Position numbers and translations under genes: made by a program
Shown here: piece by piece, positions 17,081 to 27,088 of the stretch
Layout of the letters: every line of letters begins with the position of its first letter
Numbering within the stretch: the first letter of the stretch is position 1
Assembly (NCBI GenBank): GCA_016930775.1
Contig: JAFGGB010000092.1
Span: 1,474 to 65,473, forward strand
Length of the DNA: 64,000 nt
Direction: 5' to 3'
Origin: Deltaproteobacteria bacterium
GTDB taxonomy: Bacteria; Desulfobacterota; Syntrophia; Syntrophales; UBA2210
The notes under the pieces: model-generated
Database searches by the model: none
Told to the model about the DNA's origin: nothing
Seen by the model: only the letters and a program-made list of their open reading frames with translations

Positions 17081-18205
17081 TTAGTGAAACCTTTCTCCCA
17101 CGACGAGGGCCATCACCCTCGCGGGGTCCGCCTCAATCAGATCCGTGGGCACCGCCTGCCCGTTCGCAATGACATGAGCCGGCTTGCCAACATGCCGGAG
17201 AATGTTGTAAATGGCCCCGTATCGCTCCTCCTCATCGATCTTCGTGAAGATTAAAGAGTCATAACGAATGCCTTCGAACCTCTCGATGGTCCGCCGAAGA
17301 TGCTCCTGACTCTCCGTAACGCTGAGGACGAGATCGGCGCCTCCACCGTCGGTGGATGACAGGATTTCCTTTAAAGTTCCGGAAAAACGATCGTCTTTCA
17401 TACTCGTCCCCGGAGTATCCACCAGGATGACATCGCGGTCGGCAAAAACCCCAAGGGCCTCGCGAAATGACGAAGCGTCTGCCGCAACGGCCAGGGGTAC
17501 GTCGATGATGTCGGCGTAGATTTTCAGCTGTTCCGGTGCGGCAATCCTGTAGGTGTCGAGGGTGACGACGCCGACGGATTGCTTTCTTTCGAGGCGATGC
17601 CTGGCGGCAAGTTTCGCAAGAGTTGTCGTCTTGCCCGCTCCCGTGGGCCCCACGAGGAATTTAATCCGGCGCTGGACGCTCTTTTTCCAGGAATCCTTCA
17701 TGTGATCCTCAATAACGCCCTTGGCCCGTTCCCACAGAATCTCATAGCTGCGCCCTTCGCCGGGAGAAGCCTGACTTCTGACTGATTCTGCGATTCTGAC
17801 CGCCTGGTCCTTGGCAATGCCTTCGGCGGTGAGGCGGTTGTAAACGCGGGCCAGAGGCCCGCATGACTTGCCCTGATGTCTGATGCCTATGACGTCGAAA
17901 AGAGCAGACAGACCCTCCTTCAGAGCCGTCAACTCAGCCGCCCCTTCCTGGTGCGACCATTCCCGCTTCAGCTCCTTCAGTTCCTCGATCTCCCGCTTCA
18001 GCGCCGAGAGGGCTGAGGCCATATCGTCGCTGCCGCTCATGACGGCGGTACGTCCGTCGTCTCTCGCCGCAAGAACTTCCATGAGGGGAATAGGGCCTTC
18101 GGATATCCGTTTCGAAGAAAGGACAACGGCCTCCGGACCGAGATCTTCCTTGATGCGGGCCATGGCCTCTCGAATGCTTGTCGCCCGGTAGCTCTTAACC
18201 TGCAT
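17081..18205 (-). CDS. flhF: SRP-like GTPase FlhF
   Basis: GTPase motifs LVGPTGAGKTTTLAKLAA, VTLDTYRIAAPEQL and ILVDTPG. Confidence 0.92.
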   Translation of the reverse strand: MQVKSYRATSIREAMARIKEDLGPEAVVLSSKRISEGPIPLMEVLAARDDGRTAVMSGSDDMASALSALKREIEELKELKREWSHQEGAAELTALKEGLSALFDVIGIRHQGKSCGPLARVYNRLTAEGIAKDQAVRIAESVRSQASPGEGRSYEILWERAKGVIEDHMKDSWKKSVQRRIKFLVGPTGAGKTTTLAKLAARHRLERKQSVGVVTLDTYRIAAPEQLKIYADIIDVPLAVAADASSFREALGVFADRDVILVDTPGTSMKDDRFSGTLKEILSSTDGGGADLVLSVTESQEHLRRTIERFEGIRYDSLIFTKIDEEERYGAIYNILRHVGKPAHVIANGQAVPTDLIEADPARVMALVVGERFH

Positions 18206-20288
18206 CGTCCGTCCCCACCATGCCGAGCGACTTGATATGGATGTCGCTCAGAACTTCGTTGTGCGCCAAAACGGCGATCTGAGGAAAATACCGCTCCACG
18301 ATCTTCCTGATGTGCCACCGGATCGTCGGCGAACAGAGAAGTATCGGCGGCGCCCCTTTTTCCGTGAATTTAGCCATGCTCTTATGAAGACCCTTGATGA
18401 TTCGCTGAATCGTCCCCGAATCTACATGAGCAAAGGATTCGTATTCCGTATGCTGAATAGTCTTCCCGACTGTTTCTTCGATTTCCGGGGCCACGATGGC
18501 AACGGTGATGTTCCCATCGCTATCCTGGTATTGCTTCGTTATGGTTCTGGCGAGCGATTGCCGCACATAGCCCGTGAGGAGATCGACATTCTTCGTCATG
18601 GGAGCATAGTCGGCCAGGCTTTCCAGGATCGTCACCAGATCCCGAATCGGAATTTTCTCTCTGAGAAGCCGCTGAAGAACCTTGCAGAGAATTCCGAGCG
18701 ACACCACGGACGGAACCAGTTCTTCCATCATCCGGGGATGATGTGTCGAAAGGTTGTCCAGGAGAGCCTGCACGTCCTGCCTGCCCATCAATTCATAGGC
18801 GTGATCCTTGATGATCTCAGTCAGATGCGTCGTGGCCACCGTTGCCGTGTCCACAACGACGAGGCCCCGGGCCTGCACTTCCTCGCGGTCCCGTTCGCTC
18901 ACCCACAGGGCCGGCAAGCCGAAGGCCGGTTCCTTCGTCGGAATGCCCTTCACCTTCAATTTTTTATCATCGGGCGTAATAACAAGATAATGGTCCACCA
19001 TCAGTTCGCCCTGGGCTATTTCCACGCCTTTCAGCTTCACGACGTATTGGTTCGGCTTCAACTGGAGATCATCGCGGATGTGAATGGCAGGTATTATGAA
19101 GCCCATGTCCAAAGCTATCTGTTTTCTCAGAACCTTGATCCTCTGGAGCAACTCCCCGCCCTGGTTCGTATCGACAAGGGGAATCAGATTGTAGCCCACA
19201 TCCAACTCCAAAGCATCCACGGGAACCAGGAGATCCGTCGGGTCGGGCGGCTTCGTCGCTTCCGGAGGTTTTTCCAAATCCTCCCGAGCTTGCATCTTCC
19301 CGGCTGCCCTTCTCATCGCAAAGGCCAGGACGCCCATGACGGCGGCTATTGTGAGGAATGAAAGCGTCGGCATTCCGGGAATTATTGCAAAGATGAACAG
19401 CATGCCCGAGGCGGTGGCGATCACCCGGGGGTCAAAAAACATCTGCCCCTTGATCGCCGATCCCAGATCCGTCGTAGAGGCCGACCGCGTAACGAGCATG
19501 CCGGCGGCCGTGGATACTATTAGAGCCGGTATCTGCGTCACCAAACCGTCGCCAACCGTCAATAATGTATAGGTGTGGGAGGCGTCGATTATCGGCATGC
19601 CCTTCTGAAGAACACCGATGATGAGACCTCCCACAATATTGATGAGGGTTATGATGATGCCCGCTATGGCATCTCCCCGGACGAATTTGCTGGCGCCGTC
19701 CATGGCCCCGTAGAAATCGGCCTCTCTTTCGATATCGCTGCGGCGCTTTCGTGCGTCTGAATCGGTGATGAGCCCGGCATTGAGATCGGCATCGATGCTC
19801 ATCTGTTTGCCCGGCATTGCATCGAGAGTGAACCGGGCGGCAACCTCGGCGATTCGCGTGGCGCCCTTTGTGACGACGATGAAATTGATCAGAACAAGAA
19901 CGAGAAAAACTATGAGCCCGATGAGAAAATTCCCGCCCACGACGAAACTTCCGAAGGCTTGTATCACCTGTCCCGCTGCCGAGACGCCTTCGTTGCCCCT
20001 GAGCAGTATGAGCCTCGTGGAGGCCACGTTCAGAGACAAGCGGAACAGCGTCGACACCAGGAGGACCGACGGGAAGACCGAGAAATCAAGAGGTTTCAAT
20101 ACGTAGACGGCCACCAGCAATATGACAATCGAAAAAGTAATATTGAAACTGAGCAAAACGTCGAGAATAAAGGGAGGGAGAGGGATCATCATGACCAGCA
20201 GGACCCCGATGATTCCCAGGGCCATCAGGCTGTTTCCGCTTTTCAGCCACCCGTTCACCGATTCTCCTCTTGAAGCCCCTGCGGCCAT
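18195..20288 (-). CDS. flhA: Flagellar export gate protein FlhA
   Basis: 697 aa. Contains the FHIPEP motif region ...GAMDGASKFVRGDAIAGIIIT... and the conserved cytoplasmic domain. Confidence 0.97.
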   Translation of the reverse strand: MAAGASRGESVNGWLKSGNSLMALGIIGVLLVMMIPLPPFILDVLLSFNITFSIVILLVAVYVLKPLDFSVFPSVLLVSTLFRLSLNVASTRLILLRGNEGVSAAGQVIQAFGSFVVGGNFLIGLIVFLVLVLINFIVVTKGATRIAEVAARFTLDAMPGKQMSIDADLNAGLITDSDARKRRSDIEREADFYGAMDGASKFVRGDAIAGIIITLINIVGGLIIGVLQKGMPIIDASHTYTLLTVGDGLVTQIPALIVSTAAGMLVTRSASTTDLGSAIKGQMFFDPRVIATASGMLFIFAIIPGMPTLSFLTIAAVMGVLAFAMRRAAGKMQAREDLEKPPEATKPPDPTDLLVPVDALELDVGYNLIPLVDTNQGGELLQRIKVLRKQIALDMGFIIPAIHIRDDLQLKPNQYVVKLKGVEIAQGELMVDHYLVITPDDKKLKVKGIPTKEPAFGLPALWVSERDREEVQARGLVVVDTATVATTHLTEIIKDHAYELMGRQDVQALLDNLSTHHPRMMEELVPSVVSLGILCKVLQRLLREKIPIRDLVTILESLADYAPMTKNVDLLTGYVRQSLARTITKQYQDSDGNITVAIVAPEIEETVGKTIQHTEYESFAHVDSGTIQRIIKGLHKSMAKFTEKGAPPILLCSPTIRWHIRKIVERYFPQIAVLAHNEVLSDIHIKSLGMVGTDDAG

Positions 20289-20293
20289 GAATG

Positions 20294-21370
20294 CTACCCC
20301 GCCATTCCTCTCGTTTTTGTGCTGTAGACGTAGGCAAGAACTTCCGCGACGGCTTTGTAGAGATTGACCGGTATCGCGTCTCCTACCTGCACTGCCTTAT
20401 TCAATAGTCGTGCCAACGGTTTGTTCTCCACGATGGGAATGTTGTGCTCGCGGGCAATTTCACGAATCCTTTCGGCAATATAGCCACTGCCTTTTGCAAT
20501 AACCTGGGGCGCTGCCATACCGGCATGATCGTACCTCAACGCCACGGCGATATGGGTGGGGTTCGTGATCACAACGTCGGCTTTCGGCACCTGGGCCATC
20601 ATCCTTTGCCGGGCCGCTTCGCGCTGAAGCCTTCTGATTCGAGCCTTGACGAGAGGATTTCCTTCGGTCTGCTTGTTTTCCTCCTTCAGATCCTGTCTCG
20701 ACATTCTGAGGCCCTTTTCGTATTCCCAGCGCTGAAAGAGATAATCCAGGGCTGCAAGCGCCAGGAGGACCCAGCAGGACCGGAGAATGACTTTGAAAAT
20801 CGTTGCGCCGAGATAGAGAAGAATGCCGCCGGTTTCCCAATTGCCCAGCTGCAGGAGATCGGCCAATTCGCCTTTGACAGTTATATACGCCACGGATCCC
20901 ACGATGACTATTTTCAGGATGCTTTTCAGGAGGTTAACCAGAGCCCTTAAGGAAAAGAGCCGTTTAAAGCCCCGAATTGGATCGATCTTCGACAGCTTGG
21001 GTTCAATTGCCTCGGTGGAAAAAATGACGCCGATCTGGAGGAAGTTTGACAGTACGGCCGCCACCAGAACGACGATGAAGAGCGGCAGGAGAATCGCCAG
21101 GAACTTTGTCAGGGCCAGCGCTGTGATGGAACTCATCGAGTCGACATCGATCCGCAGTGTGCCGGACTCGCCGAGAAAGAGCTTCATCAGATTGGCGGCG
21201 CTCCCGAACATCGCGCCGGCCGAAAAATAGAAAAAAGTAAGGCATGCTAACAGGATAGCCACGGAAACCACTTCCTGGCTCTTTGCTACCTGACCTTTCT
21301 TGCGGGCATCTTCCCGTCGTTTAGGCGATGCTTGCTCGGTCTTTTCCTGATCCTTGTCCTGTTCCGCCAT
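20294..21370 (-). CDS. flhB: Flagellar export switch protein FlhB
   Basis: MAEQDKDQEKTEQASPKRREDARKKGQVAKSQE... and the NPTH autocleavage site (VVITNPTHIAVAL). Confidence 0.95.
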   Translation of the reverse strand: MAEQDKDQEKTEQASPKRREDARKKGQVAKSQEVVSVAILLACLTFFYFSAGAMFGSAANLMKLFLGESGTLRIDVDSMSSITALALTKFLAILLPLFIVVLVAAVLSNFLQIGVIFSTEAIEPKLSKIDPIRGFKRLFSLRALVNLLKSILKIVIVGSVAYITVKGELADLLQLGNWETGGILLYLGATIFKVILRSCWVLLALAALDYLFQRWEYEKGLRMSRQDLKEENKQTEGNPLVKARIRRLQREAARQRMMAQVPKADVVITNPTHIAVALRYDHAGMAAPQVIAKGSGYIAERIREIAREHNIPIVENKPLARLLNKAVQVGDAIPVNLYKAVAEVLAYVYSTKTRGMAG

Positions 21371-21422
21371 GATCTTTTCTTTCCTTCACGGCCTGATCGG
21401 CCGGCGCCTGCGGCGCAATTTC

Positions 21423-22196
21423 TCAGGTCATGAGTTTCATGAGTCCTCTGAGCGTACTTCCATAGTCGACAAAGATGTTCTCCATAATATGATAGAAGAA
21501 GGGAAAGGACAGACCCACTGCCATGAGTCCCAGGGCGATCTTCAGAGGAAAGCCCACAATGAAAATGTTGATCTGCGGCACCGTCCTGGCCACGACTCCC
21601 AGCCCGGCGCTCGTCAACAGAAGAAGCACGATAATCGGCGCTCCCGTCTTCACGGCCACAATGAAGACATTCTTAGCCAGCGCGACAATGCCCATCAACA
21701 ATTCTCCGGAAAAGTGGCATCCCAGCGGAGGCACATACCGGTAGCTCTCGGCGACGCTGTAAAGAAAAGCGTGGTGGCCGTTCACCGAGAGAAAGATGAG
21801 TATGGCAAAAATATTCTGAAGCTGGGCGACAATGGAGACCTGTGAACTGGTGAGCGGATCTACGACATTCACTATGGCGAATCCCATTTGAAACCCTATC
21901 AATTGGCCTGCCAGCTGAACTCCTTCAAAAAGCAAGCGGCCGGAGAATCCGATTATGAGACCGATGAAAACCTCTCCTGTCATCATGACAACCAGATGCA
22001 GGAGTGACGGCGACGGCAACGAATACTCGACGGACGGAAGGATCAGCAGGGTCGCCGCCAATGAAAGAGCCCCCTTTATGCGGAAGGGCACTTCGCGGTT
22101 GCCGATCAGCGGAAGCGACACGATGATGGCGCTGACACGAAGAAAAATGAGGATGAAAAGCTCAATCTGGGCCGGCTGCGGCATGGGTATATTCAT
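21423..22196 (-). CDS. fliR: Flagellar export apparatus protein FliR
   Basis: 257-aa polytopic membrane protein in the fliP-fliQ-fliR-flhB order. Confidence 0.92.
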   Translation of the reverse strand: MNIPMPQPAQIELFILIFLRVSAIIVSLPLIGNREVPFRIKGALSLAATLLILPSVEYSLPSPSLLHLVVMMTGEVFIGLIIGFSGRLLFEGVQLAGQLIGFQMGFAIVNVVDPLTSSQVSIVAQLQNIFAILIFLSVNGHHAFLYSVAESYRYVPPLGCHFSGELLMGIVALAKNVFIVAVKTGAPIIVLLLLTSAGLGVVARTVPQINIFIVGFPLKIALGLMAVGLSFPFFYHIMENIFVDYGSTLRGLMKLMT

Positions 22197-22218
22197 GGCT
22201 TTTCACGGACCGTCCTCT

Positions 22219-22488
22219 TCACCGTATGTACGACGGTATGGAATTGAAGAGGTTTTGGGTGTAATCGACCATAAGCTGCATCATCCAGGGAAGGGCCACC
22301 ACAAGCGCCAGAAGGACGGCAATTATCTTCGGCACAAAGGTCAGCGTCATCTCCTGAATCTGGGTGACGGCCTGGAAGATGCTGATGGCAAGACCCACAA
22401 TAAGACCGACAACGAGCATCGGCGCCGCGAGAAGCAAGGTCACCTTTATCGCTTCATTCGCTATCCCTATGACGACATCTCCCGACAT
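22219..22488 (-). CDS. fliQ: Flagellar export apparatus protein FliQ
   Basis: 89 aa. Begins ...IKVTLLLAAPMLVVGLIVGLAISIFQAVTQIQEMTLTFVPKI. Confidence 0.95.
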   Translation of the reverse strand: MSGDVVIGIANEAIKVTLLLAAPMLVVGLIVGLAISIFQAVTQIQEMTLTFVPKIIAVLLALVVALPWMMQLMVDYTQNLFNSIPSYIR

Positions 22489-22502
22489 TCCCTTTCCCCC
22501 TT

Positions 22503-23282
22503 TTACTTGAAACTTTCCACAAGCGATCCGACGACGAGGTACCAGCCGTCCACAAGCACAAAGAGGAGCAGTTTAAACGGAAGGCTGATCATGATGGGCG
22601 GCAGCATCATCATGCCCATGGAAAGAAGCACGCTTGCCACGACCATATCCAGAATTAAAAAGGGCAGATATATCATGAAGCCGATCTGGAAGGCCGTCTT
22701 CAGTTCGCTGATCACAAATGCAGGAATGAGGACCGACAGTCCGATGTCATCGGCCGTCGCGGGTCTCTCTCTTCGGGCTATTGCCTGAAAGAGGCCGATG
22801 TCCTTCTCGCGGGTGTGCTTCAGCATGAAGCCTTTCAGGGCCTCTCCCGTGGTGGAAAGGGCCTTGTCGAAGGAGATCCTTTCTTCCATGTAGGGTTTGA
22901 CGGCATCGTCATTGACCTGGTTCCAGACAGGCGTCATGATGAAAAAAGTAAGAAAGAGCGACAGGCCGACGACAATCTGGTTCGACGGTATCTGCTGGGT
23001 TCCCAGGGCATGCCGAAGGAGCGACAGCACCACGACGATTCTCGTGAAGGAGGTAAGCATCACCAGAATCGCCGGCGCCAGCGTCAGCACCGTCAGGAGC
23101 ATCAGCAACTGCATCAAGGACGAAACACGCTCCGGCTCGTCGGCGGCCTTGTCGAATGTTATCGACAGGGAGGGCAGGCTGATGCCCGCGGCGGCCCAGG
23201 AAACCGACGGCAGGATTATCGCCGCAAAGAGAACGATGAGCGCCATCACAAGACATCCTTTTGTTCGCAGTCCCTTCATCAT
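22503..23282 (-). CDS. fliP: Flagellar export apparatus protein FliP
   Basis: ...LTVLTLAPAILVMLTSFTRIVVVLSLLRHALGTQQIPSNQ is the FliP signature. The start at the MMKGL methionines (23282) avoids overlap with fliO. The ORF track extends to 23393. Confidence 0.95.
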   Translation of the reverse strand: MMKGLRTKGCLVMALIVLFAAIILPSVSWAAAGISLPSLSITFDKAADEPERVSSLMQLLMLLTVLTLAPAILVMLTSFTRIVVVLSLLRHALGTQQIPSNQIVVGLSLFLTFFIMTPVWNQVNDDAVKPYMEERISFDKALSTTGEALKGFMLKHTREKDIGLFQAIARRERPATADDIGLSVLIPAFVISELKTAFQIGFMIYLPFLILDMVVASVLLSMGMMMLPPIMISLPFKLLLFVLVDGWYLVVGSLVESFK

Positions 23283-23289
23283 GGCCGCT

Positions 23290-23673
23290 CTAATCCTTTT
23301 TCTCCCCGCGATTGAACGGAAAGAGCTTAGTCTTGCAGGAGGCCAGGTGTTCCGAAAAGGAACCGCCGGCGACGCGCCTTCTGCGCTCCGCAAGGCTTTC
23401 CCGGGCGGCGCCCTCCAGTTTCGCCAGCAGTGAGATCTGCTGTTGCGACTGGCCGATAACGAAGACGTCCCCGCAGACCTCTACCAGAAGGATGGCGCTC
23501 TTCGGTCCAAGGTATTTTGTCGCCACGACGGAAATGAGTTCGCCTCCCTCGCCGCCGCCCACACGGAGAGTCGCCTTCCTGAACATGTAGGCGACAGCGA
23601 CCATGATGCCCACGACGAGAAACAACGCCGAAAGAATCTTCACCATGTATGATGTCATATCGAAAGGTCCCAC
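23290..23673 (-). CDS. fliO: FliO (FliZ) export apparatus assembly protein
   Basis: Single TM segment, then ...LISVVATKYLGPKSAILLVEVCGDVFVIGQSQQQISLL. Position upstream of fliP. Confidence 0.75.
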   Translation of the reverse strand: MGPFDMTSYMVKILSALFLVVGIMVAVAYMFRKATLRVGGGEGGELISVVATKYLGPKSAILLVEVCGDVFVIGQSQQQISLLAKLEGAARESLAERRRRVAGGSFSEHLASCKTKLFPFNRGEKKD

Positions 23674-23685
23674 GGAGCATACCGC

Positions 23686-24042
23686 CTATCGAAGCTTGTT
23701 GAGACGTTCGGCCGGCGAGACGACATCTGTGAGACGAACGCCGAATTTCTCATTTACCACAACGACTTCCCCGCGGGCGATGAGCCGGTCATTGATGAAA
23801 ACGTCCATGGGTTCGCCGGCCAGTTTCGTCAATTCCAGAACGGATCCCTGGCCGAGCTGAAGGAGTTCGCTGATCAGCATCTTCGTCCGTCCCAGTTCCA
23901 CGTTGACGACAAGGGGAATATCGAGGAGAAAATCCAGATCCAGTGAACCTTCCTTGAGTTCCTGGTTTTCCAGTTCTTCGAACTCCACGGCACTCACCTC
24001 CCGCAGATCCGTCCGCTCGTTTGTTTCTTTTATCTGCTCCAT
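23686..24042 (-). CDS. fliN: C-ring protein FliN
   Basis: SpoA domain LDIPLVVNVELGRTKMLISELLQLGQGSVLELTKLAGEPMDVFINDRLIARGEVVVVNEKFGVRL. The ATG at 24042 is preceded by GGAGG. Confidence 0.93.
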   Translation of the reverse strand: MEQIKETNERTDLREVSAVEFEELENQELKEGSLDLDFLLDIPLVVNVELGRTKMLISELLQLGQGSVLELTKLAGEPMDVFINDRLIARGEVVVVNEKFGVRLTDVVSPAERLNKLR

Positions 24043-24073
24043 TGTGATTCCTCCGCCTGCAATTGTTCGCTCT

Positions 24074-25063
24074 TCAGTGATGGCTTTCTTCCAAACTGAC
24101 GGCCCGGGTGATCTGGACCGCTTGATTCCCCTTGTATATGCCGGGCTGCCCCTTGAATTTTGCAAAACCCTCTACGAAGATGCTCAGATCGTCCGAGAAA
24201 AATTTGTCCAGGAGAAGAACGTCGCCTTTCTTGAGATTTCTGATTTCATGGCCTTTGAGCGCCGCCCGGCCGAGTTCCACCGTGATGTTCACCTCGGATA
24301 TTCTCAATTCTTCCTTGAACCTGTTCGTCCATTCGGCGTCTATTTCGAGGCGGTCGCTTTGATACCCCGCCTGGAGCTTCTCCCTGATGGGCTCGACCAT
24401 AGAGTAGGGAATGCAGAGAATTAACTCACCCGAAGAAAATTCCATCTCGATCTCGAAGTTGATGACGATCACCACGTCCGTCGGCACGACAATCTGAACG
24501 AACTGGGGATTGATCTCGGAATTTTGATAGATCACGTTGAGGCTTATGATGGACCGCCAGGTTTTTTCGAGATCGGTCATGGCGCTGAGAACCACCTTCC
24601 GTATGAGGTTGTTTTCGATGGCCGTGAAATCCCGTCCTTCAACCTTGTATGAATCCCGTCCCGTCCCGCCGAAGAGAATATCCACGAGCGTGAAGATGAT
24701 CCTCGATTCGAAGATGAAAAGGGCATTGCCCCGCAGAGGATTCATCCTGAAGATGTGCATGCTCGTAGGCAGCGGCACCGTTTTCATGAACTCGCCGTAC
24801 TTAACCATCTTTACCGACGAGGTCGTGATGTTCACTACCTTGCGCAGCATCGACGACAGCGTCGTTCTCAAGGTCCGCGCGAACTTTTCGTTGAGCATTT
24901 CGAGGGTGGGCATCCTTCCCCTGACGATCCGGTCCTGGCTCGTCAGATCGTAGACCCGCACGTCCGAATCGCTGAGATCGTTCTCCGACTCGACGTCTAC
25001 GTCGCCGCCTGATATGCCCTTCAGCAATGCATCTATTTCGTTCTGACTCAGTATCTGTGACAT
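24074..25063 (-). CDS. fliM: C-ring switch protein FliM
   Basis: Starts MSQILSQNEIDALL (CheY-P binding motif). FliM middle and SpoA domains follow. Confidence 0.95.
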   Translation of the reverse strand: MSQILSQNEIDALLKGISGGDVDVESENDLSDSDVRVYDLTSQDRIVRGRMPTLEMLNEKFARTLRTTLSSMLRKVVNITTSSVKMVKYGEFMKTVPLPTSMHIFRMNPLRGNALFIFESRIIFTLVDILFGGTGRDSYKVEGRDFTAIENNLIRKVVLSAMTDLEKTWRSIISLNVIYQNSEINPQFVQIVVPTDVVIVINFEIEMEFSSGELILCIPYSMVEPIREKLQAGYQSDRLEIDAEWTNRFKEELRISEVNITVELGRAALKGHEIRNLKKGDVLLLDKFFSDDLSIFVEGFAKFKGQPGIYKGNQAVQITRAVSLEESHH

Positions 25064-25128
25064 GATCCCACTCCCACTCCCGCCGGCCCGTCGTCCCGCC
25101 CTGTGATCCAGGCGCCCGGGTCTCCTGC

Positions 25129-25623
25129 CTACTGGATGACAAACTCCGTGAAATAGACCCTCTTCACAACACCCTGGCTCATGTAGTTGTTGAGTCGCAC
25201 CATGATCTCGTCTCTCAGGCGCTGTTTTCCCTCGAAGCCGGCTATGTCCTTGTAGGATTTCGACGACAGAAGATCCAGTACGGAATCCATGATTTTCGGT
25301 TTTAGCCCTTCCAGTTCCGCCGAAGATTCGGGACTTGAAAGTTCTACCTTTATAGAAGTCTTCAAGTAACGTGTGCCTTCGTTATCCATGAGATTGACGA
25401 TAACGGCGCCCATGGACCAGACGGGACCGATCAGCGGCGCCGACGCCTTCGGTTCGTCCTTCTTTTTTTCGGAGGCAAATTTCTCATAGAACTTGAGCCC
25501 CAAAAATCCCCCGGTAGCAACGAGAGCTACGACGACAAAAACAACAATCCACATGATCATTGAGGATTTTTTCTTCTCAGGCGCCTTTTCGGGGGCATCG
25601 CGCTGCGCTTCTCGCTCGGCCAT
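25129..25623 (-). CDS. fliL: Flagellar basal-body-associated protein FliL
   Basis: Single TM segment and C-terminal ...RLRDEIMVRLNNYMSQGVVKRVYFTEFVIQ. Confidence 0.85.
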   Translation of the reverse strand: MAEREAQRDAPEKAPEKKKSSMIMWIVVFVVVALVATGGFLGLKFYEKFASEKKKDEPKASAPLIGPVWSMGAVIVNLMDNEGTRYLKTSIKVELSSPESSAELEGLKPKIMDSVLDLLSSKSYKDIAGFEGKQRLRDEIMVRLNNYMSQGVVKRVYFTEFVIQ

Positions 25624-25633
25624 GACATTCTCC

Positions 25634-26317
25634 TTATGATTTTTTAACCTTGATTACGATATCGACGCGCCGGTTTCTTTCCCGGTTTCGCTTGGCATTG
25701 TTCGGTCCGAGAGGCCGCGTGTCGGCATAGCCGGCTGCGGAAAGCCGCTCAGGCGCCAGCGCCGCCTCCTCAACGAGGAATTTCACTACGTTGACCGCCC
25801 TGGCCACGGAAAGTTCCCAGTTTGACTCGTAGACGCCGCCCCGCAGGGGAACGTCATCGGTATGGCCTTCGACGACTATCTCTTCGCCGGCATCTTGAAG
25901 AACCCGGGCAACGTCCATAAGGACCGCTCTTTTCCCTTCCTTGATGCCGGCGCTTCCCGAATCGAAGAGGAGCGTCTCGCCCAGCCTGAGAGACACTCCG
26001 TCGTCGATGACTTGGACCTCTACGCCTTCAATGTCCTTAAAGGCCTCGGCTACCTCGATTTTCCTGGAGTAATAGCCCTGAACCCTGCTCGACAGGGGAA
26101 CGATAAAGGGGACGAAGACCTTGATGTCCGTGCCTTTTTGATAGCCCATAAACCCGAAGTGGCGGCGGAAGGACCAGGAAATTTCCTCCATCTTCCCTTC
26201 GTTAAGATTGGAACAGGAAAGAATAAGCACAAAGAATGTCAGGAGGAGCGTCGTGAGATCGTTGAACGTGAGAAGCCACTTCCCGGTCCCTGTGGAAGCC
26301 CCTTTACGCGCCCGCAT
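25634..26317 (-). CDS. motB: Stator protein MotB (OmpA-like C-terminal domain; conserved TM Asp present)
   Basis: KWLLTFNDLTTLLLTFFVLIL carries the channel Asp. OmpA-like VVEGHTDDVP...NWELSVARA...NRRVDIVI. The start at MRARKG (26317) overlaps the upstream gene by 14 nt. The ORF track start is 26410. Confidence 0.85.
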   Translation of the reverse strand: MRARKGASTGTGKWLLTFNDLTTLLLTFFVLILSCSNLNEGKMEEISWSFRRHFGFMGYQKGTDIKVFVPFIVPLSSRVQGYYSRKIEVAEAFKDIEGVEVQVIDDGVSLRLGETLLFDSGSAGIKEGKRAVLMDVARVLQDAGEEIVVEGHTDDVPLRGGVYESNWELSVARAVNVVKFLVEEAALAPERLSAAGYADTRPLGPNNAKRNRERNRRVDIVIKVKKS

Positions 26318-27086
26318 CGCTTTTTGCCTTTCCGGACGTTCTGCTGCCGGTGAAATAAAGTTCAACCCGACGGTTGTCCGCTCTTCCTTCCTCGCTGTCA
26401 TTCGAAGCAATGGGCCGATATTGACTGTACCCCACGGCCGTAAGGCGTTTCGCCGATATGCCGCGGTCGATGAAATGCCGAAGAACGCTCACCGCCCGGC
26501 TCGTTGAGAGTTCCCAATTCGAGGCAAAACGCTCGCTCCGGATGACGACATTGTCCGTATGCCCCTCGATGCGTACATTGAACTCCATGGAACGCGCCAC
26601 GTCGATCATCGCATCGAGATACCCGAAGGCCGAGGGACTGACCGCAGCCATTGCCGAAGGAAAGAGAACATTGCTGCCGAACGTCACCTTGAATCCCTCC
26701 GACTGCTCCTCGATTCTAACGCCCTGAGACCCCCCTAGGACCTTCAGTTGTTCCTCCAATATTTTCATCGCCCTGAGTGTGGGATATTCCTCGCCCTCGA
26801 CGATATCCCGCGAAGGCAGGCGCACTTCTACCCCCGCGCCCGCTGCCTGGCCCCCGGTGAAAGCGGCGTATGGATCGTCATCCTTGCCGGATATTGAAAC
26901 GCCTTCATCGGGAGAAAGACCGAATCCCCTCATGAAATTCGTCACCTTTCCGCGATCCGCTATCGCAAAGGTGCAGAGCAGGACGAAAAAGGCCACAAGG
27001 ATGAGCACGAGGGAACAGTAAATGGACTGCCACGCCGCCACCGGCGCCTCGTCGGACCCCCGTTTTCTCTTATAATTTCCATTCAT
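26304..27086 (-). CDS. MotB-like protein with an OmpA-like domain; Ser occupies the position of the conserved TM Asp
   Basis: AWQSIYCSLVLILVAFFVLL aligns to the W..(Y/F).D(L/F)...(L/M).(A/T)FF motif with Ser at the Asp position. OmpA-like IEGHTDNV...NWELSTSRA...NRRVELYF. Confidence 0.75.
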   Translation of the reverse strand: MNGNYKRKRGSDEAPVAAWQSIYCSLVLILVAFFVLLCTFAIADRGKVTNFMRGFGLSPDEGVSISGKDDDPYAAFTGGQAAGAGVEVRLPSRDIVEGEEYPTLRAMKILEEQLKVLGGSQGVRIEEQSEGFKVTFGSNVLFPSAMAAVSPSAFGYLDAMIDVARSMEFNVRIEGHTDNVVIRSERFASNWELSTSRAVSVLRHFIDRGISAKRLTAVGYSQYRPIASNDSEEGRADNRRVELYFTGSRTSGKAKSDAGA

Positions 27087-27088
27087 GG

